Origin: Octopus vulgaris
Lineage: Eukaryota
NCBI GenBank assembly: GCA_951406725.2
Contig: OX597824.1
Location: 46,004,001-46,068,000, forward strand
Direction of reading: 5' to 3'
DNA length: 64,000 nt
Below the pieces are notes generated by a model. The model worked only from the letters and a program-made list of their open reading frames with translations. It was not told the origin of the DNA and made no database searches. Made by a program: the position numbers and the translations under genes. Below are positions 25,246 through 41,978 of the stretch, one piece after another (positions within the stretch are counted from its first letter, which is position 1; every line of letters begins with the position of its first letter).

Positions 25246-25401
25246 AAAATATTTCTTCAGTTTATGATGGTGGACAAACTGAAATAGCCCTTGAGCTAAT
25301 TTATTCTTACTGAAATTCTTTGTGCTTGGGCAGAAACTCAGTCCAAGCTCCAAGATAGAGACATTGTCAGGTGAAAGTTTTAGTTTAGATAAATTTATGA
25401 C
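25246..25401 (-). pseudogene. Penelope-like element ORF N-terminal conserved block
   Basis: VINLSKLKLSPDNVSILELGLSFCPSTKNFSKNKLAQGLFQFVHHHKLKKYF, similar to the PLE pattern VxNLS…L.KGLxFCP…F.RxLxLKxYF. Confidence 0.7.
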
Positions 25402-25559
25402 CTACTTATTCCCTAGTGTGATGAATTTTCTTGAGCAAGTGGTTTTCACAGTCTTGCTTTCATTAGATTCCTGACTACCTTTTGAGCTTTGCTTGAAATT
25501 TTCACTTAAAATATGGAATCAATTGGGTGATAAAAATTGCTCTGAATGTTCATGTATGA

Positions 25560-25965
25560 AGTCATTTTTCTAGAAGTAATCCATTTCTGACCAGTTCAAA
25601 TGCATACACTAGGGCAAAATGCCCACAATCATATGAGCCAACTTGGGGATTAATAATATGAATTTCTTGAACTGAAGGAATTATGTTTGTGGTGAGTACA
25701 GAGTTACTATTTGTGCTGTTAGTGTCTGTGGTACTGGTAAGTTCAAACTGTCATAAATATAAACATCTCCAAAAAAATTGGTTGACAAACAAAATGACTG
25801 TTCCTGATATGATGAATGAACGGTGTGTGGTATGAACTGTATGTTAGAAATTCCATGTGAGAAAAAAATGGTTGATTGTATTAGAATTTCAGGAAAATTT
25901 TCTGCTATGATTTTCAACCCAGTGTCAATAAGTTTGTCAGATAACATTTGTCCCAAAAAATGCAT
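25560..25965 (-). pseudogene. Ulp1/peptidase C48-like cysteine protease remnant
   Basis: MLSDKLID…FCLSTNFFGDVYIYDSLN and, after a frameshift, NPQVGSYDCGHFALVYAFEL (Q-x4-DCG catalytic Cys motif). Confidence 0.65.
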
Positions 25966-26287
25966 GAGGAGAAATATGTTTGCAGATTATTAACATCATG
26001 CCCTGGAGGAATGAATAAACTGACAGGAGAATTTCATATTTACACAAAACTGATTGATTAAATATTTTCTTTTTGCCAGTTGTCAACTTGAAATTTTAAG
26101 ACTGATGATGTTATTTCATCAGTGTGGGGATGCTGGTTGCTCTCATCTATATTTTGGATTTGAATTTCTATGATTTTGAATTTTTATCACTTTTCATTTT
26201 GAACTTAACAAATACACACTAGCTGTCAAAATATCATTCAACCAATAAAATATCTATTACAATCACATTGCACTCTTCATATAATAA

Positions 26288-26680
26288 TAAAATCCTCTGG
26301 AATTTCCCAATCCAAACAGATCAGGTGTTAGAACATAACAGACTGGACCTAGTGGTGGTTGACAAGATGCACCACATCAACATATAGTTGATGTTGCATG
26401 CCCCTTTGACCATCGAATAGTCAAGAAGTTGAAAAAGTGAATATATTCAATCCTGGCTATGGAAAATGAAGATGAAGATAGTTCCAATCCTTGTTGGGTC
26501 TTAGGGACAGTATCAGAAGGTATCAAGAGGAATATAAAGGAAATCGGAATAGAGTGCCCAGTAGAACTGTTACAAAAAGTTTGCCTCCTTGGAAATGCCA
26601 GAATAATCAGAAAAGTATTAGATAGTTGAAAAGAACAGATAGCATGATACTATAGGCTGCAGGTAGCAAGCCTGCTATGC
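26288..26680 (+). mobile_element. R4/Dong-clade 3' end (restriction-like endonuclease)
   Basis: KILWNFPIQTDQVLEHNRLDLVVVDK…VDVACPFD…KIVPILVGSLGTV…LLQKVCLLGNARIIRKVLDS*, stop at 26627-26629. Confidence 0.8.
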
Positions 26681-26684
26681 ATGC

Positions 26685-26863
26685 AGGTTTAGTCAATTAC
26701 ATCAATCCCAATACTTTAGTAGTACTTTATTTTGCTGACCCCCACCCTCAAAGTATGAAAGAAAAAGTTGACTTCAGCAAGACTTGAACTCAGAATATAA
26801 AGAGCCACAGAAAGTATAACAAACTAATTTTTCCAGTGTTCAAATGATTCAGTTAGCTCACCA
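26685..26863 (-). mobile_element. Degenerate Meta-like SINE
   Basis: Matches 23098-23312. Confidence 0.6.
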
Positions 26864-27208
26864 ATAATAATGATAATGTGCTTATTGAATATAGAGCTCA
26901 GATGCACTTTGACTCATTAGAAACAAGTAAAAGGTAGAGTAAACAGCAATAAGTCAAATAAATGAAGACAGCAATGATAACCAAAAGTACATGCACAAGA
27001 CAGAATAAAGCACACACACACATGCGCAAAACTGTAACATGCAGGTAAAGAAACTGCAAACAGTGGAGTATATTGTTTTGTTATATAAGAAATCAGATTT
27101 TCACTCAGTTTCTCCTCGGAGTCAAAACTATGTTCTCACATTAGGAAGACATTTGATACCAGCTTTCTCGAAAAAATTTTAAATTGCCCCAGCTGATTTG
27201 TAAGTTGC

Positions 27209-27401
27209 TTACTCTTTTACTTGTTTCAGTCATTTGACTGCGGCCATGCTGGAGCACCGCCTTTAATCGAGCAACTCGACCCCGGGACTTATTCTTTTGT
27301 AAGCCCAGTACTTATTCTATCGGTCTCTTTTGCCGAACCGCTAAGTAACGGGGACATAAACACACCAGCATCGGTTGTCAAGCAATGCTAGGGGGACAAA
27401 C

Positions 27402-27436
<35 letters not shown>

Positions 27437-27632
27437 CGACAGGCTTCTTTCAGTTTCCGTCTACCAAATCCACTCACAAGGCTTTGGTCGGCCCAAGGCT
27501 ATAGTAGAAGACACTTGCCCAAGGTGCCACGCAGTGGGGCTGAACCCGGAACCATGTGGTCGGTAAACAAACTACTTACCACACAGCCACTCCTGCGCCT
27601 AAACAAGCTACTTACCACACAGCCACTCCTGC
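27209..27632 (-). mobile_element. Full-length CORE-like tRNA SINE with a duplicated head of about 33 bp
   Basis: Closely matches 12968-13385; CTACTTACCACACAGCCACTCCTGC occurs twice in tandem. Confidence 0.85.
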
Positions 27633-28139
27633 TTATACATAAACTTACACAAGAGATGTTTAATTATTAATCAAATATGATAAATAGATAACTTTGAAAT
27701 AAGTGATAAAAAAAAGGCAAAAAAGTCATTTTATGAAACACGAATAGAAAGCCAGTTTGTTTATTTATTATTTTATTTTGTACATGTGAAATTTTGGTAT
27801 ATAGTCTGTGTAGAATATAAAATTAGCAGTATGTTCTCAGCTTTCAAAACAATATCAATGTATGAATGAAACTCAAGGTCCTGTGTATTGGCCTGTTATG
27901 GTCAACTTTTAAATAAATATGATGTACATTAACAATTATGTTATGTGTATATATGTATAAATGGTTATATACATTCAAATGTTAAAGTTTGTCAACAAAA
28001 GAGGAAAGTACTCAATGTAAGGTGTAGAGTATATTGTCTATTTAAACTAAATTCTTTTTTTTCCATGGCTTGAGGTTCATGCCATTCAAATCTTCAAACT
28101 ACAGTGGTATAACATGAGTCATGAGAAAAAGAGACTTCT

Positions 28140-31900
<3,761 letters not shown>

Positions 31901-31953
31901 ATATTTTATCAGTTTGTAGTTCATAAATCTGAAAAGAAGTATACTCTAAAACA

Positions 31954-32681
31954 TTAGAACAGTTGTTATGGCTTGTTAGAGAGCAACCATTGGTTTCACA
32001 CCTATAAATTGCTTAGCTATACAGGTGACCCATCAGATGGAAATGGTCAGAGCTACATAACCTCTCTGCAACTGGAGCAAAGAAAATAACATGGTCAATT
32101 AATTCTGTAACCCCCGCCCCCCCAAAAAAAATCCGAATCAAAACTGTAATGACAAAACCTTGGGTGAAGTGAAGTTGTTCCCCTTAGATTGGTTCCAGTT
32201 ATGTTGAAGATAGTTGATAGTGGCAACATCCCCTTAGTTGACAAACAGGAAATTACAAGTTTCCAACATGAATTTTCTTTGATTAGGGTGCTGGCTAAAC
32301 ACTTCATTTTCAGAGTTTAAAAAGGTACCTAGGTCAAGTTACTTTTTTACGTAACTTGATCTTTTTAAACTCAAAAATAGTGATGTTTAGCCAGTGTCCT
32401 CATCAGAGGAAATCTGTATTGGAAACATGGAATTCTCCTTTTGCTGATTAGGGAAATGCTACCAACATCAGCCATCTTCTGCATTACTGGAAAGTGTCAA
32501 CCAAGGTTTTTCCAGAATTTTTCGTGTTTTAAGTTAACTATTATGTTTTCCTCCCTCCAGTTGTAGAGAGGTTATGTGCCTCTGACCATTAGAGTCTGAT
32601 TAGTTACCTATACAGCTAAACACTTTATCTGTGCAAAACCAATGGTCACTCTCTGACTGGCCATAACAAACAACATTCTAA
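31954..32681. mobile_element. Old palindromic foldback/MITE, about 730 bp
   Basis: Arms are diverged reverse complements around TCAAGTTAC ttttttac GTAACTTGA (about 32346); CA/TG mismatches suggest CpG decay. Confidence 0.85.
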
Positions 32682-32809
32682 ATATATATATATACATATA
32701 TATACACACACACATATTATTTGCATGAGGCATAAAGCCAATCCCTTGTTATAATCATGTATATAATTATAAAATATTTTGTATAATTATATATGTATAT
32801 ATATGCATG

Positions 32810-32845
<36 letters not shown>

Positions 32846-33186
32846 GATCTATTTACCAATATTCATGTGTATATATGAGTGTATACATATGCACATAAAC
32901 ATATACAATTATACATAGATATGCACATATAACTAGACATATACCTCCACACACGCAAACACACACACACACACATACACACACACACACAAACACACAT
33001 GTACAGCCTCATACAAAAGCAAAAGCAGAATACAGGAAAACTTTGAATTTAATGCAGGCTCCAGCAACTTTTCACTGAAAGTGGATGCCTAAAAATTGAA
33101 TGTTAAAAATACTTGAAAAATTGTGAGACTGCATACCTCTTTGAGAAGCACAACCTGAGAGTTCAACAGCAGCCTATTAAACATAC

Positions 33187-33236
33187 CTGAACTATGGTCA
33201 CAACCACTAGTAGGGCTCATGTTTGATAATGCACTT
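33187..33236 (-). CDS. Candidate 50-nt exon (open frame [16 protein letters not shown])
   Basis: TTTTTATAG acceptor and CAG|GTATGT donor; one open frame; no recognisable homology. Confidence 0.3.
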
Positions 33237-33266
33237 CTATAAAAATTATACCTATATATATATATA

Positions 33267-33322
<56 letters not shown>

Positions 33323-34160
33323 CATACATATATATATACACATATACATACATATATATATATGTACAAAGATACACATACAAAAATACATACATACACA
33401 TGTAAATACATATATACACGAATATATTTACATACATATATACATACACATATGTATATGTAAACATATTTATAGATATGTATATATGTGTGTGTGAATG
33501 TATGTATATTCATATACATGTATATAAATATATACATAGATTTATACAAACATATATATATACACACACATGTGTAAATATATATGTATGTGCATATATA
33601 TATGAATGTGCATATATATATATTATATACATAACATATATATATATATACATATATAGGCATACATTATATATGTTGTGTTTATATGGGTCTGTATGTG
33701 CTGTTATATTCTATGTAAAACAGAGGTAAAATTTTTAGAGATTTTGTTAATTTCTATCAAATACATGTCTAATGGTTGTCATTATCTAAGAAAGATACTT
33801 TTCAGCTGACAGGGAAAATACAAATCCCACTCCACTAAAGGAATTTGGTGATTTATTGTTTCATCAGGGCACTTGTTTACACAACCCTTAGTCTCTCTTA
33901 ATTCTGAAAGATCCCACATTTCTTGTGGATGCCCTTCTACCTAACCAACATTAGCTGATACTTTTAGTCTAATCTTTGATATTAGCATAAGGTTTTGAAT
34001 CCTGTATGTCAATACACCCCCAGTCTCCTATTTTTACTTTGTTGTAGTATAAGAAAAAAGTTACATTTTGTAATTAAGCCATAAGAGCTAGTATGTAGTT
34101 GCTGAAACTGCACAATGTAGTAAGTCCAATTTCCATTCATTAACCTCTCTGTATCTGTAA

Positions 34161-34379
34161 CCATTTTGTTACTATATTTCTGATGAAATACACTGACTTG
34201 TTTCAATTTATTTTGAAAATAATTGTGAATTTAGTAAAATAGCTTTGTCATTATGAAGGTGTTATTTGGAACATAAATTAACAAAATTCTGGTGGCAGGT
34301 TCAAATTTAGATTACTTTAAAACAGGAAGTTTGTGTCATAGAACCAGAGGCAATCTTGGGCAGGTTGGTATCAAAAGGG
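34161..34379. mobile_element. piggyBac-type MITE, second family
   Basis: GTAA|CCATTTTG…CAAAAGGG|TTAA; inverted homologue at 45662-46097. Confidence 0.7.
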
Positions 34380-36974
34380 TTAAAATGAGGATTGTGTTTA
34401 AGATCTAAATATTTGGTAACATGACCCATTTATAGACAGAATGATAGTATGTCTAGAATACTGATAACAGGATGAAGTTCAATCCAAGCCAATGAGTTGG
34501 ACAACTTGTATCAGCATACCTGAAATATAGTACCTATGGATTTCTTTTAAGCATTTGATCAACCACCTTCATGCTATAAATTCATTGAAGCAATGGTGAT
34601 TAGGCTCTTAACAACAACAACAACAACAATTTTTCACTGTTTTTCGATTTAGTTTAATTTAGTCATCAATAACTCTATTTTATACATCTATCCACCTTGT
34701 CTCACATTCTTGACTTCCAGTACAGAAATGAAGATCAATAGCTTGTTTCATCTTGTTACAATATCTCGACCTGATATTGTGCCTCTAGCCACAGTACTTA
34801 CAAGAAGACATCACTACTAATTATGTTACATTCTTGCTTTTGCACAGGAAATTACAAAATTGTTCTACATCTTTTAATGTAATGCAAATATTAATAATGA
34901 TGATGATGACAATAATAATAATAACGATGATGATGATGATAATGATGATGATGATGATGATGATTTATTTCAAAGCCAAACTAGATATTGAGTTGACAGC
35001 ATAATGTTTAAATAACAAAGTTTTATTTATCACATCCAATTCTTTTGTCATGTAAAGCAAGTTTGAAATTTATCTTTTCCTATAGATTCCATCAAATTTT
35101 CCATGCCAGCAAGAGGCGGAGGAGAACTTTTAAAAATACGCAAATAATTACAAGTATCTTTACAGTCAGATACTCTTTCTTACAGATGTTTAGTTTTAGT
35201 TAGTCTGAAGTAAGCAGATTAATTTGTCAAGGCAAGATAGCAGAACACAGTCTGTAGCAAAGTTTGAACTCATGAATATGGGGGTCAGTAATCTACAATT
35301 TTAACTTCACAGACAATGTGCCTTTATTGTTAGAAAAACTGCTGTAATATATATAAAACTTATAATGCAATAAATATAATAATAAATTCTAATGTTTATG
35401 TATCTGTTTTGCAAGATTCTTGATGTGAAATCATGTGTGGAAACAGATATTGTTATATTTGGGGATGGTAATTTACTTTTTTTTTTGCCAATTAACTACA
35501 TGCACTATATACTTTATTGAAGAGGTCAGAGGGTGTATGATGAAAAATTTCAGACAAAAGACACTAAAATAAGAAGAGTAATAAACCTAAAGTGAAGGAC
35601 AAGTATACAGTGGTTAATTGGCAAAAAAAAAAAAACAACAAAAAAAACATCCTCGAATGTAACAATAGATTCTTAGTTTTACATTTAAAACTTCATATTC
35701 TATAACTGATTTCTTGAGTGAAAACAGCTATGTAATATGTTCATGACATCGTTGTTGCTAAACTGATTAATCAATGAAATGAGTTGCCTAAAGTTTGAAA
35801 AACTATATAGTCAACTTTTTAAATACAAAATCCAAACAATTCAAATGGAATTTACTAGAAGAAGTACAAAAAAATTGAATTGTTCCCAACAGCCAAATTT
35901 GAAAAAACATATCTATAAGCTAATAAGCAGTTTGTTAATTTACATAGTCAAAACTAATACTCTAACACTGAATCCTTTGCTATATGCACCTTTAAAGCTG
36001 AGGAGTTAGACATGGTTATGTGATGTTACTCTGTTAAAGACTACAGCTATAGTTTGTCATGTGCTGTGTTGACTATTTTTGACAGAAAAGACTAAGATAT
36101 GGAATATAAGATCTCAGCATTTCAAATGGAATTGGTTTGAAATAAGTGAAGATAATGATGCAGTTTTAGCAGGCTGAATGATTTACAAAAGAGTTTCTTT
36201 GTTGGTCATAGCCTTTAAACATTAAATAGTTGGCTATATTCAATAGATATATTTGCCAGAACAAAGAAAACTTATGAACATTGCATAAAGTTTTAAATGA
36301 TATTTAGAGAGGAAATTTTTCAAATTAAATGTTAACTTGGAAAATGATAAAAATTTAACAAGAAAATCATTAAATTGGTGTCATTCTTTATATATAGTGA
36401 TTAACAAATTAAAAGCTATTTAACATTATACAGACTCCACCCCACCATAGTGGTCACATGACATTCAAATCAGAGAGCCAAGGGTTGAGTCATTTTCTCA
36501 GCAGAATGCTTTGATTGGAACAGTAGACCAGTTGTTGTAACAGATACTGGAGAAAAGATTAAAATTAAATCTCAGTTTGTAAACTGGAACTGAACCAGCT
36601 TTCTGTTCCGGAGTTGAACACTTAAGTGACAAGGCCACATTGATGACCCTAAAACAATATTTTGTGTGTACAAGTATTATATGTGAACATACATACACAC
36701 ACATACACACATGTGTGTATGAGTTATGCCTTTTTTTTTTGTGAAAAAACATAAGAGTGCTTGATACATGCTTATGGCGGTAGTGCATAGAATCTGAAGT
36801 ATGCAGGTGTGTGTACATAAACTGCACATAGAATTACAAACTTATACCTAAAGATACCCTACTGCTGCACTCAAATGAGGATGGGTAAACAAAACCTCTG
36901 GGTATAAATTTATAATTCTAGTTACAACACCACACACACACACATGTTTTTATACATATGTTGTCAATAATGCT

Positions 36975-37512
36975 TGGATTACTTTTCATTCATTTCAATT
37001 TAATGAAAGGGTATAAATTTAACAACACAAAATATATAACAATTAATAAGAACTGTTAACTATATTGTATATTGTTATCGTATTGCCTGATTTGCTTAGC
37101 TGTTACATAACTCCTCTCAGTGTGAAAGTTCTATTACAACATGACATTTGATTTGCGAAATACATAGAGAAAAAAACAAAAGAAAACGGAAAAAAAATTT
37201 AAAAGCAACAAAACATTGAACTGAATTGTGACAATGTGACATTTGCTAACATTAGCAACTTTTTAAAAATTAAATTAAAAAGTAGAATCCCATTTTATTT
37301 TTAGCATTTTAAACAAAATGTACACAGGAAGTAATATAAACTATAAACTTCCTTTTTACCTTCTTTTCTTTTAATATAAGCATAAAAATAGAAATGATTT
37401 TTATATGTACACATTATATATATAATGTGTATGTGTGTATGTTAGTATGTATGTCTGTATATATATACATATATATATATATATATAAATGGATATATAT
37501 ATATACACACAC

Positions 37513-37586
<74 letters not shown>

Positions 37587-37697
37587 ATTTGAAAATATGT
37601 AAAGGAGAAAAAATAGTACAAAAAGGAGCTTCCATGGATTTATTGCAAAAAGTTTAAATTAATGTAAAAAAAAAATGAAATTGCTTGCAATTTTTAA

Positions 37698-37734
<37 letters not shown>

Positions 37735-38916
37735 TGATGATGATGCTGATGCTGATGACAACATTGACAATAATGATTATGATGGTTGTGGTGGTGATCG
37801 TAGTAATGGTGGTGGTGATGTTATATTTTGATTAGGCACAAAGCCAATCATCAAAGTCAGGAGTATGCCTAATTGAATGAACCCAATTAAATTATCGCTA
37901 CTTATTTTATCAAATCTCTAACAGGATTTGAACTTTGGACCAAGAATGAGAAATCTAAATGCTGTATTTATTTCCACATTCTACTGTCCATCATCCTTAC
38001 TGATTCATGACAATGATGATGATCATGACGACAATAATGGCAATAATAATAATAATAATGATGATGATGATGATAACAACAACACTTTATTGTTATTTTC
38101 CTCTCAATAGTAACACAATTAAAAATATGAAAATGGGAATCTGCTGGAATGATTTGCATTAATATCAACAACAAAATAGAACAAAAACAAGAAAGAAAAA
38201 AAAAGAAAGAATAATACCAATTAATTAAGAAACTTCTCCATTTAGACCAATCCGAATATGTTGGAGCTGCCAGTTAAAAACTGTTAATTGAAAGTTATTT
38301 AGATACAAAGCCATCACTTCCACTCTATCACATTGAATGATTGAAACAAAAAACTTAAGAAGTTCTCTAGTTTATGTTAAGTATCATAGCTAAGGCATGC
38401 TGGAGTATAACCTTAAAAAAATGGCATCATTATTAATTAATTAATTAATAATAATGATAATAATAATGGTTTGTAATTTAGGTACAAGGCCAGCAATTTT
38501 GAGGAGAGGGAATGAGCAGAATATATATTGGCTAGCCCCAGTGCTTTACTGGTACTTTATTTTATTGACCTCAAAAGGATGAAAGGCAAAGTTGACCTTG
38601 GCAGGATTTGAACTCAGAATGTAAAGAGTTGGAACAAATGTCCTAAAAGAACATTTTTCCAACACTCCAATGATTCTGTCAGCTTTGTCGTAATAATAAT
38701 AATGGTTTCAAATTTGGGTACAAGGCCAGCAAATTCGAGGGAGGGGTTAAGTTGATTACATTGACCCTCCAGTTACCAACTGGTACTATTTTATCGATCC
38801 CAAAAAGATGAAAGGCAAAGTCAACCTTGGTGGAATTTGAACTAAGAACATGAAGACAGATGAAATGCTGTTAAGCATTTTGCGTGGCATGCTAGTGAAT
38901 CTGCTAGCTTGCTGCC

Positions 38917-38959
<43 letters not shown>

Positions 38960-40583
38960 TAATTATTATAACAACAACGACAACATATTGGTATTGAAAA
39001 AAAAAGGGAAAAAGACAAGCAAACAAGAACAACATGAAAAAAGGGCATCTAGCCTTTTACTTTTTTTATAAATGAGTTCCTTGAAAAACTTCTTTTATTC
39101 TGATTTACTCTTGTATTTTTCATTTAATAATTTATTCTAGCTGTATCTTGCCAAAGAAGGTTCATTCCATTTCATGTAGGAAAAGTCAAATTGGAGTTAA
39201 GCGATGAAGAAAAAAAATATTTAAAAAAACCCTCAATTGTCCTTCCTCCACACAACTTTAATACTTTTAAATTTGCATGATGAAATAAGTAAGTGGAAGT
39301 GTGTATACTTGGTATTAAATAACTAACATTTGTTGTTGCTACTGTGTATATTACGAATAAATTAGTGTAGAGGGCCATTATTATGGTTCTACAGGTAACT
39401 GACAGGATTCTATGTTATTAATTTTTTTCACTACATCACCAATACAACAATTTGGTGTTGTAAAAAAGCCATGAAAAAAAAAACAAAGGGAAAATAATCA
39501 CATGGAGTAAACAACAAAACAGAAACTACCGGATGATCAATTTGGCAACAAAAAAATAAAGAGAAGAAAATCAATTTGGCAAAAAAGAAAAAAGAGAAGG
39601 AAAAAGAAAAATGAATAAATAAAGGGGAAAAGAACATAGAAAAGGTAATCTTATAAACAGTATTATGTATCAGGTTTTAGATCAGTCCGAGGTGCATTTG
39701 CTCCTCACTTTAGCTGTTTCAGCGCCTTTTAAAATAAATAAGTTGAAATTAACATGTATAATAGGGTCACAGAGATGAGCAGAATAGCTGAGTGTGTCCA
39801 CATGTATCCATAGCCAACCACACACACAACCATACTTAAGGTGTATACATATATGTACATATGAACTATGTATACACAACACACCCATTCTCTAGCAACT
39901 GAACACTTGAAAACACAAGTGTGAATTTATGATTGAGTGTTTTTACATATATTACACACACACACATACATACATTGTTGAATAAATTAAAGAAATGTAT
40001 ACATTTAAAAATGGCTGGAATTAACATAAGCCTTTTTAAAAAAATATAAACAGGACAAATATAAAAACAAATATAAATTTTGAAAAAAAAAAGAGCAGTA
40101 AAAGATAAATAAAATTTTAAACACTATTTTAAAAGAAAGGGGGAAAAAACTGATTTGAAAAAATAATAAAATAAAAAGTATCGAAAACAAGAAACTTTTT
40201 TTTAAATGAAAGAAAACTTTTGAAAATAAAAACTTTTTTTTTTGTTTTTCCAGTTTAACAAAATCGATTTTGAATTCATGATTTTGAGAGCTATCTTAAA
40301 GCTGCCTTATTGCTTGGTCAGTTTGAAAAGGGATTCTGTCCTCTGCAAAATTTTCGATTTTTCCAGAATTATGACATTGTATATGTTCATTTTCTTTTCA
40401 TCATTGGAATATTCTATATGTTTATGATGATGATGGTGATGATGATGATGGTGATGATTTCGGAGGTACTGTTTTTAGTACCTTAGTCACATATGTGTAC
40501 TGCTTTGTACCACTGTGAACCTTTCTGTCTGTTCTGTCACCCCACCCTCCCTTATAGTAACTAGATAAACACAGAGGCCATTA
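36975..40583 (-). other. Putative long 3' UTR of the PH-CaaX gene
   Basis: U-rich on the sense strand and relatively TE-poor downstream of the stop; candidate ATTAAA at 37004-36999. The 3' end is inferred only. Confidence 0.35.
38466..38918 (-). mobile_element. Two tandem Meta-like SINEs in (TAA)n
   Basis: 38466-38690 and 38702-38918 both carry GATGAAAGGCAAAGT(T/C)(G/A)ACC and ATTTGAACT. Confidence 0.8.
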
Positions 40584-40802
40584 TCATTGGAGAACACATG
40601 CCTGAGAGTTGTCACCAAGTCGACCGGCTGCCTTGGCAAAGCAGATTGCTTGCATCCAATTGTTCTGCTCTAATTCATTTTCAGCATGTATATAAAAGGC
40701 ACGGCGATGATTTCTCGGTTTAATTCGGAAAGCATAACTTTTTTTGTCCATGTGGCTTTCAGAAATTTCAGCATTAACCAGAGAAATTCTTTTGGATGTG
40801 CT
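40584..40802 (-). CDS. Terminal coding exon of a PH-domain protein ending in a CaaX box (…ACVLQ*)
   Basis: A long pyrimidine tract plus TTTCAG acceptor (AG at 40804-40803) precedes a phase-0 frame STSKRISLVNAEISESHMDKKSYAFRIKPRNHRRAFYIHAENELEQNNWMQAICFAKAAGRLGDNSQACVLQ. This fits PH strands b5-b7 (YAFRI…RAFYIHAE) and the C-terminal helix with its conserved Trp (EQNNWMQAI). Tandem stops TGA TAA. No upstream exons were found in the window. Confidence 0.85.
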   Translation of the reverse strand, partial: STSKRISLVNAEISESHMDKKSYAFRIKPRNHRRAFYIHAENELEQNNWMQAICFAKAAGRLGDNSQACVLQ

Positions 40803-40884
40803 CTGAAAAATAAAACAGAAAAAAATCAGAAATAAAATTAATAACAAAAAGAAACAAAGATGAATCATTCTTCACAATAAAATA

Positions 40885-41978
40885 GGGAGAAAACTAGAAA
40901 TAGTTGATAGCTTCTGTTACCTAGGTGACCAAGTCAGTAGCAGAAGTGGTGCTCCGAGAGGGTAGCTACTAGAATAAGAATAGGTTGGGCAAAGTTCAGA
41001 GAGCTCCTACCTCTGTTGCTAACAAAGGGCCTCTCCCACAGAGTGAAAGGCAGATTGTACGATGCCTGTGTGTAAACAGCCATGTTACACATTAGTGAAA
41101 CATAGGTTGTGGCCACCAAGGACATGCAAAGGCTTGAAAGAAATGAAGCTAGCATGCTTTGCTGAATGTGCAATGTCAGTGTGCATGTATGACAAAGTAT
41201 AAGCATCTTGAGAGAAAAGTTGGGCATAAGAGGCATCAGATGTAATGTGCAAGAGAGATGACTGCACTGGTATGGTCATGTGATGCATATGGTCGAGGAC
41301 AGCTGTGTGAAGAAGAGCTGATCTCTAACTGTGGAGGGAACCTGTGGAAGAGGTAGACCCAGCAAGACATAGGACAAAGTGGTGAAGCCTGATCTTTGAA
41401 TGTTGGGCCTCATGGAGGCAATGTCAAGGACAGAGACCTTTGGTGATATGCAGTGCATGAGAAGACCCATCAAGCCAAGTGAAATCGCAGTTGTGGCTGA
41501 TGCCAGCATCGTGTAACTGGTACATAAAAAGAGCCTTCAAATGATGAACGATATGTTGTACTTGAGAAGACCTGAGAAGCCAAGTGAAATTGTAGTCATG
41601 GCCAATGCCAGTGTCATGTAACTGGCACCCATAATGGTGGAATGTAAAAAGCACCCTTCGAACTTTGGGCCTCATGGAGGCAGGGACAAGTAACCAAGAC
41701 CTTTGACAATATACCATGCTTGAGAAGACCTGTGAAGCCACGTGAGATTGTAGTTGTGGCCAATGCTGGTGTTTCATAACTGGCGCCCATGATGGTGGCA
41801 CATAAAAAGCACCTATTACACTCTTGGAGTGGTTGGTGTTAGGAAGGGTATCCAGCTGTAGAAATTATGCCAAATCAGATTGGAACCTGGTGCAGCTCCC
41901 CAGCTTACCAGTTTTCAGTCAACCCATCCAACTCATGCCAGCGTGGAAAACAGATGTTAAATGATGATGATGATAATG
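40885..41978 (+). mobile_element. 5'-truncated RTE-clade LINE
   Basis: EKLEIVDSFCYLGDQ…RIRIGWAKFRELLPLL…KGRLYDACV…GRGRPSKT with stops; (GAT)n tail. Antisense to the host gene and about 80 bp from the PH exon acceptor. Confidence 0.85.

Noticed and set aside
32395-32410. CTGATGAG on the minus strand
   Set aside because: No GAAAC partner with stems; part of the palindrome arm.
34514-34530. TTTCAG|GTATG possible recursive splice site on the minus strand
   Set aside because: Short motif with a weak pyrimidine tract, expected by chance.
40803-40868. N-terminal hydrophobic part of ORF 40584-40868 as a signal peptide
   Set aside because: It is the translated intronic polypyrimidine tract.
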